Source of the DNA: Candidatus Doudnabacteria bacterium RIFCSPHIGHO2_12_FULL_48_16
Lineage (GTDB): Bacteria; Patescibacteriota; Doudnabacteria; UBA920; O2-02-FULL-48-8
Assembly (NCBI GenBank): GCA_001780035.1
Contig: MFEY01000004.1
Location: forward strand, 10,399-74,398
Length of the DNA stretch: 64,000 bases
Direction of reading: 5' to 3'
Shown: positions 18,035-27,229 of the stretch, piece after piece
Numbering within the stretch: position 1 is the stretch's first letter
Layout: every line of letters starts with the position of its first letter
The notes under the pieces: model-generated
Database searches by the model: none
Told to the model about the DNA's origin: nothing
The model's input: the letters and a program-made list of their open reading frames with translations, nothing else
Translations under genes and position numbers: made by a program

Positions 18035-18598
18035 TTATTTTTTCTTAATTTTATCAACTGCCAAGACCGGATCGTTCTCGAGGATATTCTTAACAAACCG
18101 GTCATTCATGACCCGACGATAATCAAACTCTTGCGGGGTCAATACGGTAAAGCCAACCTCTTGCTCGGCCAGTTTCGAAGCCAGTTTCAAAAAGTTCTCG
18201 AGCCTGGATGCGCTGATTCTGCCGACGAACAATAGATCGGTTTCCACTCTCGGCTTACCTACAAATACCCCGGTTAAAGCCACCAGCTTGCAGTCCCCGA
18301 CCCGGCCAGCGGCCAGGGCCAATATATCCTTGGGCACATGTTTGGCTTTCCTTAAAAAACCAATCAGTTCCGGATAGAGGGCAAATCTCCTGTTCATCTG
18401 ATAATACCGGATCCGCTTTTTTTCAGACGTCACCAGGAAATTCATCTTGTCCAATTCCCTCAGGGTCGCGCGGAGCAATTTTTGGGGGCAGCGCGAAAGC
18501 AGCCGCAATTCGGTAAACGAAAAGGCACGCTTCGGATGCGCCAAAAGAAGATTAATCAATTGAGTTTTGGGTTTCGACGAGAGCAGTTGCGCAAGCAT
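18035..18598 (-). CDS. Winged-helix plus nucleotidyltransferase-like domain protein
   Basis: N-terminal wHTH-like region; LTGVF...ETDLLFVG NTase-like motif; start at MLAQ. Confidence 0.7.
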   Translation of the reverse strand: MLAQLLSSKPKTQLINLLLAHPKRAFSFTELRLLSRCPQKLLRATLRELDKMNFLVTSEKKRIRYYQMNRRFALYPELIGFLRKAKHVPKDILALAAGRVGDCKLVALTGVFVGKPRVETDLLFVGRISASRLENFLKLASKLAEQEVGFTVLTPQEFDYRRVMNDRFVKNILENDPVLAVDKIKKK

Positions 18599-18699
18599 GG
18601 CCTGATTATAGCACAATCAGCTTATTATTCAATAATTAGGCTTTTGGGCAAATTTGTAAAACGCATTTATATTCGCTAAAATGATAACTACGTTAATAT

Positions 18700-20610
18700 A
18701 TGGCGCGGCTAGAAACACAAATCAACCAAATATACCTAACAGACCCGGCGAACAAAAAGACTTCGCTGATTCTTTACGAAGAGCAAATCTCCCCATCCGC
18801 CCAGCTCTTCATCCTGGCCGAACTTTGGGACATCCGAAAAAAAACAGAAGAAACTGACTTAAAAAAAATTTCAGAAATTATCCTGGAATCGTTCCGGGCC
18901 AACAAGCGCCTAGCCGCCGAGGCGCTGTTTGAATCCTCGCTGGCCCAGATCAACCAAAACCTAGCCGATCTCGCCCACAGCGGCCGCAAGTCCTGGGTCG
19001 GCAAGTTCTCCGCCGTGCTTTGCCTCAAATCCGGTGATAATATTTTCGCGGCCAATGACGGCGCTTGCGCGTGTTTCTTGCATCGCAAAGGTGAACTGGT
19101 TGAAATCCTGCCCGCGGAAAAACGCGGCGACCACCCATTCAAAACATTTATCAACTTCACCCAGGGCCGCTTGGCTCCTTCCGACAACCTGATTATCAAT
19201 ACCTCCAATATTTTTGATTATGTCTCGATCGAACATTTTTCCGAGATATTGAACCGACAAACCCCGGAGCAGGCCTCTGTGGAAATCTCAAAAATTTTAC
19301 AGGATTCATTAAACGAATCCCAGGCCTTCTGCGCCTTTCTCCTCAGTTTCACCAAACCTCAAGCGGCCGGCGCCCCGGCTCAGCCCGAGACAAAGCCGGA
19401 ACCGATTTATGCTCCGTTACCCGAAGATTTGCCCCCGTCAGAGGCCAATGCCAGATTTGGCAAACTGTCTTTTTCCCGGCCCGCCTGGCTCGCAAAGCCA
19501 AAAATTCGGCTGGGCCGGATCGCCGCCTTGCAGAAACTGCAATGGTCATATTTCCAAAACCTGTCCCGCCCCGCTAAATTTTTCTTTATCAGTTTTTCAA
19601 TCTTTCTGATTCTTTTTTTGGCCAACCTGACCAACTACCTGGTCAATCGCCATTACAAAACGGTCCAGATGAGAATTGAAAACCAAATTACCCTGGTTAA
19701 TCAGGATCTGACGGAAGCTCAATCCGCAATTATTTACAAAAACAACGACGAGGCCTTAAACGCCATGAACCGGGCCCAGAAAGATTTTGAAACCTTGCTT
19801 GGCATGGACGAAGTCGCCGCCAAAAAACTCGAGCCCCGGCTGGAAAACGTCAAAACCCAGATCAACAAAATCAGCCGGATCGAAAACGCTCAGGTGATCG
19901 CAACGCTCAAACGCAATCCGGTATCACTCGGCAAAGCCCCGACCGCTTTTCTTTTGGCCGGCGAGGATTCCAATTCCCTGTCGCAGTATAGCGGCAGCGC
20001 GCTGAAAGAATATTTCCTGCTCAACAGCCTCAAAAACAATGTCACCGGAATTGCTTTCATGCCGGGCGTCGGAGTGGTTGTAAGCAGCGGCAATCTCGTA
20101 TCCAAAATCAACCAGGACATGCAGCAATTTGAAACGATTGTCAGCGTTGATCAGGGGCAATTATCGGCTATCCGGGCCGGTGCGGGCGGATTGTATGTGC
20201 TTGACCTGGCCGGCCGGCAAGTGCTTCGGTTGACGCTGAATAAAACCAAAATCCAATCAACAAAAGCTGCTTCGATCGAAAACGGCGATATCCGCGACAT
20301 TGGCGCGGATAAGGATTTATACATACTATCAGCCGACCGTTTAACAAAGATCTCCGGCGGGGCCAGCACCAATATCCCCTTGCCCAATCTCACCGACGGC
20401 ATTTCCAACGCCAATAAACTGTTTGTCGGCGCCAACCTTTACATTCTCGAAGCCAACAAAAAAAGAGTGGTCGTTATTAGCAAAACCGGATCACTCTTAA
20501 ATCAAATTTATTTCCCCAATGCCCGGGATTTGCGCGATCTGTATATTGACGAAGCGGCGAGAAGCATGTATTTGCTCGACGGCGACAAACTGGAAAAAAT
20601 CACTTTTTAG
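18700..20610 (+). CDS. Membrane-anchored hypothetical protein (PP2C-like N-terminus, TM helix, beta-propeller C-terminus)
   Basis: 636 aa; central TM; C-terminal LYVLD/LYILE/MYLLD blade repeats. Confidence 0.7.
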   Translation: MARLETQINQIYLTDPANKKTSLILYEEQISPSAQLFILAELWDIRKKTEETDLKKISEIILESFRANKRLAAEALFESSLAQINQNLADLAHSGRKSWVGKFSAVLCLKSGDNIFAANDGACACFLHRKGELVEILPAEKRGDHPFKTFINFTQGRLAPSDNLIINTSNIFDYVSIEHFSEILNRQTPEQASVEISKILQDSLNESQAFCAFLLSFTKPQAAGAPAQPETKPEPIYAPLPEDLPPSEANARFGKLSFSRPAWLAKPKIRLGRIAALQKLQWSYFQNLSRPAKFFFISFSIFLILFLANLTNYLVNRHYKTVQMRIENQITLVNQDLTEAQSAIIYKNNDEALNAMNRAQKDFETLLGMDEVAAKKLEPRLENVKTQINKISRIENAQVIATLKRNPVSLGKAPTAFLLAGEDSNSLSQYSGSALKEYFLLNSLKNNVTGIAFMPGVGVVVSSGNLVSKINQDMQQFETIVSVDQGQLSAIRAGAGGLYVLDLAGRQVLRLTLNKTKIQSTKAASIENGDIRDIGADKDLYILSADRLTKISGGASTNIPLPNLTDGISNANKLFVGANLYILEANKKRVVVISKTGSLLNQIYFPNARDLRDLYIDEAARSMYLLDGDKLEKITF

Positions 20611-23530
20611 GTTCCGTAAGCTGCCCAATATTAAACGGGAAGTTGACTAGGTCCGGGTTAATCACCCGCAAGAGCAGATACGAACCGAATAATAAAACCA
20701 TTCCGATGACCGCACCCCAAATATATTCCTTGCCCTTGGTCGCTTGTTCGGCGTTGCCCGCTGAGGTCATGACATAATAGCCACCCAAAATGGTCATCAG
20801 CACGGCCAATAACGATGCAATCCCCAACGACCAGACATAAATTTGATTAATTAATTTCTGTAGAGTCTTGGAATCCACAGAGCTGCTCGCTGCCTGAGAC
20901 TGCGGCGGCGGCGCCAGGGCCAGGAACGGCGCATTAACACTCTGAAAACTGGTCCCGACCACGCTCGTGTAATTTCTGCTAGCCAGAGTTAAGGCTCCGT
21001 TCGGCGTTATCGCGCTAGTGATATTAAAGCTGCCCAAGGCCGCAGCTAATGCGGCTTTGATCGCAAAGAGTTTATTGAGCCAGTTAATGCCTGTGGTATC
21101 GGAAACGGAAATTGCCAATTCGGAATTGTAAACAAAACCGGTATCGGCTATCTCCGTTATCCAAGCATTGCCGTCCCAATCCCCGCTGGCCACAAAGAAT
21201 GAGCCTGTCCATGGGTTGTAATCCACGGTATTGCTGGCAAATCCCTCGGAAACGGGATTGATCCCCAGCGTAATCACCGGATACTCGTCTGAAGCCCTCC
21301 CGTCATCATAGACGGTTCGCCCCCAGGTCCCGGCCACGGCCTCGTCCCGGTCCCGTTCCATCCAGATGATCATGGCTGCGCCGCTCTTTGGCGAATACGC
21401 GATGTGAGCGCCGGAAAATCTATTGCGGCCGGGATAAGTTTTGGTCAATTGTACCGGTTCCCCGACCCTCTGCAGCGTCTGGGCGTTGATCCGGACCAGC
21501 ATAATCCGATCATCCTCATTTGCCGTATCGTTGCCCGACACGACAGCGGCAAAAGCAACCCAATATTCGTTGAGTTTGCTGTTGAAAGCAATGCCGGCTT
21601 GGCCCTGATACGGGTAGGAGTCAATGACCATGATCTGATCCGAGACAGTCCCTTGCTCACTCACTGTCTTTAAACCCAAGAACGCTCCGGATGGCTCGTA
21701 AAGCACCAGAAATTTTTTGCTGGCTGAATCATACGCCAGGCCGTTCAAAAAAGCGGCCCCTTGATTGATCGCAAAATCTGAACCCTGAACGGTGCCATCG
21801 GCTGAGACAAACCGGCCATATTGGCTGCGGCAGCGGTTGCCGCAGGGCCGGGTATCTTCCCAGACGACCAAAAACTTTTCGAAATCCGGACTATAAGCCA
21901 CTTTGGGCGTACCAGCCCCACCCGAGCTGTCAATCCGGAAAGCCGAGCCTTTGGGCGCCATGGTCTTGGGATCCGCCAGAAAACCGACAATCTGGCGATC
22001 GGCATCAGCCACAAATTTGCCGGCTGCAATCAGCACAGAATCAGTCTTCGCGCCGTAGGCCGCGCCGATTCCTCCCTGGCCATCGGCAGGAAAAACCACC
22101 GGCTTTGAGGGATCTGTCCCCGGCTCATGTCCCCGAGTTTGCGGCTTGTTCAGATCATTGGCGTTGCACATCAAAAGCATTGTGGGATCTTCGGGTAATG
22201 GGTCGCAAACGATGCCGTTCGGGATTTGTTCTTCCGTAACGGTGACGGACAAAGGTTTGCCGTTGGAAGTCAGGCCCGCAGAAAAAATCCGAACCGTGTA
22301 ATTGTCAGCCGGCAAGTCTGCCGGAATGACAATGGTCGTCCGCGTGCCATTGGCGCTAACCTGCCCGCCATAGGAATCAATCCGACCATCGCTGGCATAA
22401 AATTCCACGGTTGCCGACAAATTGCTACCCCTGATGACCAGAGATTGGCCAGCCGTGGCCCGCGACAAATTCAGCGAATCAATGTGGGGAGCTCTGGGAA
22501 TCGGCGATTCCGAACAATCAGCACCGCAAAGATCAACCCGCGGAGCGGCATCGGAGACAGTCGTTACGATCAGCTGGCCGCGGGCATCGCTGGCAGCGAT
22601 GACAAACTTGTCCCCGGCGTGAACCACGCTAAAGGAGGCGGCGTGGGCATTAACAACGATAACGCTGCGCTCACCCCACGGCCGAAGCATCATAAACTCA
22701 TCGGTGTCATTCCAAGCCTCGGTCGCCAGCCAAATCCGGCCGTTGACGCTCAGGAGCTGCGGAATACTTTCATTCATTCCCCGAACCGCAGACAGATCAA
22801 CGTCTTTGCCGGAAGGATCGATTCCATGCACCGGCCCGTATCCGCCGTAAGCAATATAGCCGTTCAAAACATCAGCGCCAAAATATGGTGTCTGAGGCGT
22901 ATAAACCTTATTAAGTCCGCTGCCTCTGTAAACACAAATCGCATCGTTGTCGTTGCTGCAGGCGTGAACCAACAAATCCCCGCCAAGGGCCATGGCCCCG
23001 CCGGGTCGGGTTTGATCTAAAATTCTATTGTCTTTCACAATTTGGGTCACCGCCTTATAAGAAGCCCAGTGCCCATCCTTGGCCACAAAGTTATTGCCCA
23101 AAACCAGTTGCGGGTTATCCGCCGTTTTTTTGGGAACCCACTCGCCGACCTTGACTTCATAACGGTAAAATCCCGGCTGGCCATCCTCAATTTCGCAAAC
23201 AAAGGTCAGGGTGTCCGGTTGAATCCACTGGCCGGCAATACAGCGGTGCGCTCGATTGGCAATGTCAGCCGGATCGCGGAAGTCCCAATTCTGGCCGGTC
23301 TGTAAATCGGTAACCCAACTCTCGCCCCAGTTGCCATAGGTGATAAAGCGCCCGTTGGGCGAAAGGTCCGGCCACCAGCCGTTGATGGTCTGAGGCGGCG
23401 ACCAGCTGCTCAGGTTCGGAGCCCGCTCGGGGCTGGCGGCCAGCAGCGGCGAATCCGTTTGAGGCAAACCCAAAGCCAGGACCAAAATGGCGGCCAAACC
23501 CAGATTGATAAATTTTTTAGCGGTAATCAT
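20600..23530 (-). CDS. Large surface protein: propeller-like and IPT-like domains plus C-terminal CPR pilin (VirB2/TrbC-like) domain
   Basis: Signal peptide; WPDLSPNGRFI (PD40-like); PHIDSL...LVIRGSNL (IPT-like); LAVLMTILGGYYVMTSAGNAEQATKGKEYIWGAVIG...INPDL. Confidence 0.8.
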   Translation of the reverse strand: MITAKKFINLGLAAILVLALGLPQTDSPLLAASPERAPNLSSWSPPQTINGWWPDLSPNGRFITYGNWGESWVTDLQTGQNWDFRDPADIANRAHRCIAGQWIQPDTLTFVCEIEDGQPGFYRYEVKVGEWVPKKTADNPQLVLGNNFVAKDGHWASYKAVTQIVKDNRILDQTRPGGAMALGGDLLVHACSNDNDAICVYRGSGLNKVYTPQTPYFGADVLNGYIAYGGYGPVHGIDPSGKDVDLSAVRGMNESIPQLLSVNGRIWLATEAWNDTDEFMMLRPWGERSVIVVNAHAASFSVVHAGDKFVIAASDARGQLIVTTVSDAAPRVDLCGADCSESPIPRAPHIDSLNLSRATAGQSLVIRGSNLSATVEFYASDGRIDSYGGQVSANGTRTTIVIPADLPADNYTVRIFSAGLTSNGKPLSVTVTEEQIPNGIVCDPLPEDPTMLLMCNANDLNKPQTRGHEPGTDPSKPVVFPADGQGGIGAAYGAKTDSVLIAAGKFVADADRQIVGFLADPKTMAPKGSAFRIDSSGGAGTPKVAYSPDFEKFLVVWEDTRPCGNRCRSQYGRFVSADGTVQGSDFAINQGAAFLNGLAYDSASKKFLVLYEPSGAFLGLKTVSEQGTVSDQIMVIDSYPYQGQAGIAFNSKLNEYWVAFAAVVSGNDTANEDDRIMLVRINAQTLQRVGEPVQLTKTYPGRNRFSGAHIAYSPKSGAAMIIWMERDRDEAVAGTWGRTVYDDGRASDEYPVITLGINPVSEGFASNTVDYNPWTGSFFVASGDWDGNAWITEIADTGFVYNSELAISVSDTTGINWLNKLFAIKAALAAALGSFNITSAITPNGALTLASRNYTSVVGTSFQSVNAPFLALAPPPQSQAASSSVDSKTLQKLINQIYVWSLGIASLLAVLMTILGGYYVMTSAGNAEQATKGKEYIWGAVIGMVLLFGSYLLLRVINPDLVNFPFNIGQLTEPKK

Positions 23531-24092
23531 ATTTGCATGGTCCCAGATACTTATTCACTTCGCTGTTATAAATGGCAATGCAATAGAGCTGTCCGGTCAG
23601 GTTGTCGCGCATCGTGACCCACGGCAAATCGCCATTGACCGGTTCAACCAGGGCGCCGGCCACAGCGCCGGAGTTGGCGGCGACCGGGACGATGTTATAA
23701 ATCGGCGGTTCGCTCATAAATTCGATACCCGATGGAATTGCGGCCAAGATCTGACCAGAGTCGGCAAGGTGGCTCAACGAAAAAGCCAGTTCGTGATAAA
23801 AATTGCGCCCGATGACGGCCAGGTCGCGGTCGCCCACTCCGTGTTCGAGCAGCGCCAAGCTGGCATTGCCCGCCTGCCCATAAAATTCATTAATGGAGTC
23901 AAAAACCAAGATCAAATTATCAAAATAAGGCCCGTCCCCCATGGTCTGCTGCCAGGCCACGGACAATCGGCCGGTCATTTCGTCCTGCAGGGCAGCCAGT
24001 TCGGTTCGGTTGGTTGGTTGCAGCACGAAAAGGGCCGTCAGTAAGATAAATCCGGCCAGACCGTAGAATAATTTTTCGGCTGCTTGCGTCAT
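23517..24092 (-). CDS. Membrane-anchored protein, paralog 3 (GxVAG motif)
   Basis: N-terminal TM, SINEFYGQA, GAVAGA. Confidence 0.75.
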   Translation of the reverse strand: MTQAAEKLFYGLAGFILLTALFVLQPTNRTELAALQDEMTGRLSVAWQQTMGDGPYFDNLILVFDSINEFYGQAGNASLALLEHGVGDRDLAVIGRNFYHELAFSLSHLADSGQILAAIPSGIEFMSEPPIYNIVPVAANSGAVAGALVEPVNGDLPWVTMRDNLTGQLYCIAIYNSEVNKYLGPCKYDYR

Positions 24093-24115
24093 CAGACTCA
24101 GTTTTGATTTAAATT

Positions 24116-24571
24116 TTAATATTCCATTTCTATGCTAATCCCCGCCACGCTCCCTTGCCCGATGGTTGCCGACAAATCCAACAGTGAGGCCATTTGGATA
24201 CTCGACTGGCTGTAAAATTCTGTCACGCCGGACACGACCTGGGCCAGATCGTTGTCCGATCCGCTCAGATCAAATAACGGCATGGCCGCGTCGGTCGCCT
24301 GCTTGTAGAAATCGTTCACTCCCTCGACCACGCCGATCATCGGCGCGAACACGGTCGAAAGTTGAACTTGGGTCTGTTTTAAATTTTCGGTGAAGTCGAA
24401 AATCGTCAGCGCCTCCTGCCAGTCAGCTTTCGTCGTTAAGCCAAACAGGGCTCCTTCCAAAACCAAGAGGCCGGTCATAGCCAACGCCAGATAATAAACC
24501 TGGTAATGTTTGGATTTGAAAATTTTTCGGATTGTATTGGACTTTGCTTTTGCTTTTGTTTTAGTTTTCAT
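24116..24571 (-). CDS. Membrane-anchored protein, paralog 2 (GxVAG motif)
   Basis: N-terminal TM, GVNDFYKQA and GVTEFYSQS, GSVAGI. Confidence 0.75.
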   Translation of the reverse strand: MKTKTKAKAKSNTIRKIFKSKHYQVYYLALAMTGLLVLEGALFGLTTKADWQEALTIFDFTENLKQTQVQLSTVFAPMIGVVEGVNDFYKQATDAAMPLFDLSGSDNDLAQVVSGVTEFYSQSSIQMASLLDLSATIGQGSVAGISIEMEY

Positions 24572-24572
24572 T

Positions 24573-25097
24573 TTAGTGATTGATATTGATTAAAAATTTC
24601 TCCGCTTGCCGCCAATCGACCTTGGGCGGCTGGTAAAATAAATGTTCTGGCTCTGGCGCAACCGGCGCCGCTCTTTCAATTGCGACTCCGGCAACCTGCC
24701 CACCGCTCGATACCGGGGCGGGTTGATTGGCCAAATAATAATCGAACGTCACCTGATCGGAGTAATAAAGAAAGTCCGAATACAGAAATGCTGTCTGCCG
24801 GCTTAAGTTTTCAAAATATTCAATGTGACCGGCCGGCATAACTGCGACCTCGCCAAATGCCTTATAGAATTCCTGAAAAAATTGGTGCGGCATCGCCCAT
24901 ACCACTTGAAAATCCCCGGCGGAATGCGCCACCTGTTGATGCAGATCAAACATGTTTAAAGCGGAAACGAAATTGTCTTGCTGCTTCGGGTTTAAATTCA
25001 TAAACAGAATTGCTCCGATCAGCAGAATGCCCAGCGCAATGAAAATCACCAGACCGGCCTCAAACCAATTTAAATTTTTATAATCGGTTGAGTGCAT
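24573..25097 (-). CDS. Membrane-anchored protein, paralog 1 (GxVAG motif)
   Basis: N-terminal TM, FFQEFYKA, GQVAGV. Confidence 0.75.
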   Translation of the reverse strand: MHSTDYKNLNWFEAGLVIFIALGILLIGAILFMNLNPKQQDNFVSALNMFDLHQQVAHSAGDFQVVWAMPHQFFQEFYKAFGEVAVMPAGHIEYFENLSRQTAFLYSDFLYYSDQVTFDYYLANQPAPVSSGGQVAGVAIERAAPVAPEPEHLFYQPPKVDWRQAEKFLININH

Positions 25098-25099
25098 GC

Positions 25100-25333
25100 T
25101 TATGGTAAAAAATTTAAATACCGCCCCAACTGAGTCAGGCGCGATTGCGACTCTAAGTGCTGTTTTTTCAGATACTCAAACAAGTCTTCGCGGGTGACCA
25201 GCCAGTCGCGGCCAATCTTGCGGGCTTTAAGCTTGCCTTTGCGCGCCAAGAGATTTAGATAATCAGCGCTATATGGAGAGTATTCGGCCGCGGCTTTTAA
25301 AGACAAGAGTTCTTTTGTGTCTGTTTTATTCAT
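25100..25333 (-). CDS. Excisionase/MerR-like helix-turn-helix protein
   Basis: LLSLKAAAEYSPYSADYLNLLARKGKLKARKIGRDWLVT. Confidence 0.85.
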   Translation of the reverse strand: MNKTDTKELLSLKAAAEYSPYSADYLNLLARKGKLKARKIGRDWLVTREDLFEYLKKQHLESQSRLTQLGRYLNFLP

Positions 25334-25409
25334 TTTATTTTGGCAAATTCCCACGCCACCGAAATTTAAGTATTGTATAAAGACGGCGGGGTCCGCCAGA
25401 GGCGGGAAA

Positions 25410-25466
25410 ATAATCCGCGCTGTATGGAGACAGCTCGGCCGCTTCTTTCAAACTTAAAAGATCCAC
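25410..25466 (-). pseudogene. Truncated paralog of the HTH gene N-terminus
   Basis: Encodes (V)DLLSLKEAAELSPYSADY; similarity ends next to the palindrome CCGCCAGAGGCGG (25393-25405). Confidence 0.8.
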
Positions 25467-25706
25467 CCCAACCCTTTGATTCATTTTTGTTTTTGTTTCC
25501 GCTGTTTTTGGGCTAAACCCAGAATTTTACCTGCCCGCCTATTTTGGGCTTGGTGACAGGGTCGGCTAACCCATACTATATCTGTAATAATTATAGCATA
25601 AAAACAGCCTCTTGTCCAGAGGCTGTTTTTAAATTGATCTAATTAGTCTAATCGATCTGATTTCTAAACGACAACTTAGGTCAATTAAAAATTAGTAATT
25701 AGAAAT

Positions 25707-26078
25707 TTACTTCAGCGTTACCTTGGCGCCAGCTTCTTCCAGCTTCTTCTTTAATTCTTCCGCTTCGGCCTTGGCAATGTTTTCTTTGATTGCTTTAGGC
25801 GCTGCGTCGACCAAGTCCTTGGCTTCTTTCAGGCCCTTGCCGGTCGCTTCGCGCACAACCTTGATGACGTTGATCTTGTTGGCGCCGCTATCGGTAAGCT
25901 CAACTGTAAATTCGGTCTTCTCTTCTCCGACGCTCGGCGCAGCCGAGGTCGGAGCTCCGACTGCAAACGTCGGAGCGGCACTAACGCCGAACTTTTCTTC
26001 CAGGGTTTTCACCAATTCGGAAAGTTCCAGCGCGGTCAGCTTTTCAATCTCAGAAACGATGTTATCAAAATTTGCCAT
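25707..26078 (-). CDS. rplL: 50S ribosomal protein L7/L12
   Basis: [39 protein letters not shown]. Confidence 0.98.
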   Translation of the reverse strand: MANFDNIVSEIEKLTALELSELVKTLEEKFGVSAAPTFAVGAPTSAAPSVGEEKTEFTVELTDSGANKINVIKVVREATGKGLKEAKDLVDAAPKAIKENIAKAEAEELKKKLEEAGAKVTLK

Positions 26079-26125
26079 ATTATTTAAATTAATCAATTAA
26101 TTCTTTAATTGCTAAGAATCGACCT

Positions 26126-26647
26126 TTAGCCTTTCTTATCCTTAATTGCGTTAAGCACGTTCAACAGATTTCTGGTATTGCCGGAAAGCACGGTGACCAA
26201 TCCCCTGGCAGGTCCCTGCAGGACCGACAGCAGCTGAGCGATCAATTGCGGTTTGGTTGGCAGCGTTGCTAAACGCATCACGACATCAGAGCCGATCATT
26301 TCATTGTTAAAAATTCCGCCGCCTAAAATCAGCAGTGGCTGATCTTTGGTCATGCCCTTCAAAATTCGGGCCGGGGCGGTTTCTTCCTCGTTCGATACGG
26401 CCATGGCCACCGGACCATTGTATTTGAACTTGTCGGCGTTGATGCCGATTGCCGCCAGGGCTTTCTTAAGCAGAGTGACTTTCACAACCTGATACTTCAC
26501 ATTTTCTTTGCGCAAATTCTTGCGAACCTGATCCAACTGTTTGACGGAAAGGCCGCGGTATTCGGTAAACACCACGCCCTTGGCGCCCTTAAGATCTTCG
26601 GTCAGCGAAGCGAGTGCGGCTTCCTTTTCTTTTCTTGTTACTGCCAT
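26126..26647 (-). CDS. rplJ: 50S ribosomal protein L10
   Basis: EYRGLSV, LATLPT; directly upstream of rplL. Confidence 0.96.
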   Translation of the reverse strand: MAVTRKEKEAALASLTEDLKGAKGVVFTEYRGLSVKQLDQVRKNLRKENVKYQVVKVTLLKKALAAIGINADKFKYNGPVAMAVSNEEETAPARILKGMTKDQPLLILGGGIFNNEMIGSDVVMRLATLPTKPQLIAQLLSVLQGPARGLVTVLSGNTRNLLNVLNAIKDKKG

Positions 26648-26722
26648 ATAGATTTAGGATTAAGGATTTAAGATTAAAGTGTAGAACCTAAATCCTACAA
26701 CCTTAATCCGTATTAATAAAAA

Positions 26723-26830
26723 ACCCGCTATCCAAAGACGGGGTTCATGTCATCCTGAACTTGTTTCAGGATCTCTTCCTACCCGGCGGATTAAGGCCTA
26801 GCGGCCAGCAGGGGTCTTTGGCTATTGAAT
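26723..26830 (-). promoter_or_regulatory. L10 leader-like structured 5' UTR
   Basis: Closing stem CCAAAGAC/GTCTTTGG, internal CTTAAT; upstream TTGACG-17-TAAAAT-type promoter; contains a REP-like hairpin at 26749-26774. Confidence 0.65.
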
Positions 26831-26941
26831 TCCTCAATATTTTATACTGTTTTCCGGCATCCGTCAAGAGATAAAAAACCGAGCCGAGATGTCTCCTAAA
26901 GAGAGGGACATCTCGGCGCATACATCGGCTGAATCTGACGC

Positions 26942-27160
26942 TTAGGGGGCTGGCGAGTCCCCAAAACGAGCCCTTTCCAGCGTAGCCCGCGGAACGGTCA
27001 AGATCCAGTCGCGGTTGCACGTGCCATCGCCGCCTTTATACACTTCGTGCCCACCCTTAGCGGAGTAGATACGGACGGTGGCGTCGTTCTCGCCCTTCCA
27101 GGCCTTGATCCTGACGACGGTCTTGGCCGGCAATGTGCACGACTGGCCAACTGTGACCCA
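26942..27160 (-). pseudogene. GC-rich 3' gene fragment with its own terminator
   Basis: Open frame WVTVGQSC...SPAP*; its 5' end runs into the mltG terminator; long hairpin at 26883-26917. Confidence 0.55.
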
Positions 27161-27229
27161 TATCTTATATGAAAAACCCGCGCTGTTCAAACGCGGGTTT
27201 TCTATTTACTACTTGCTGGTTACTATTTA

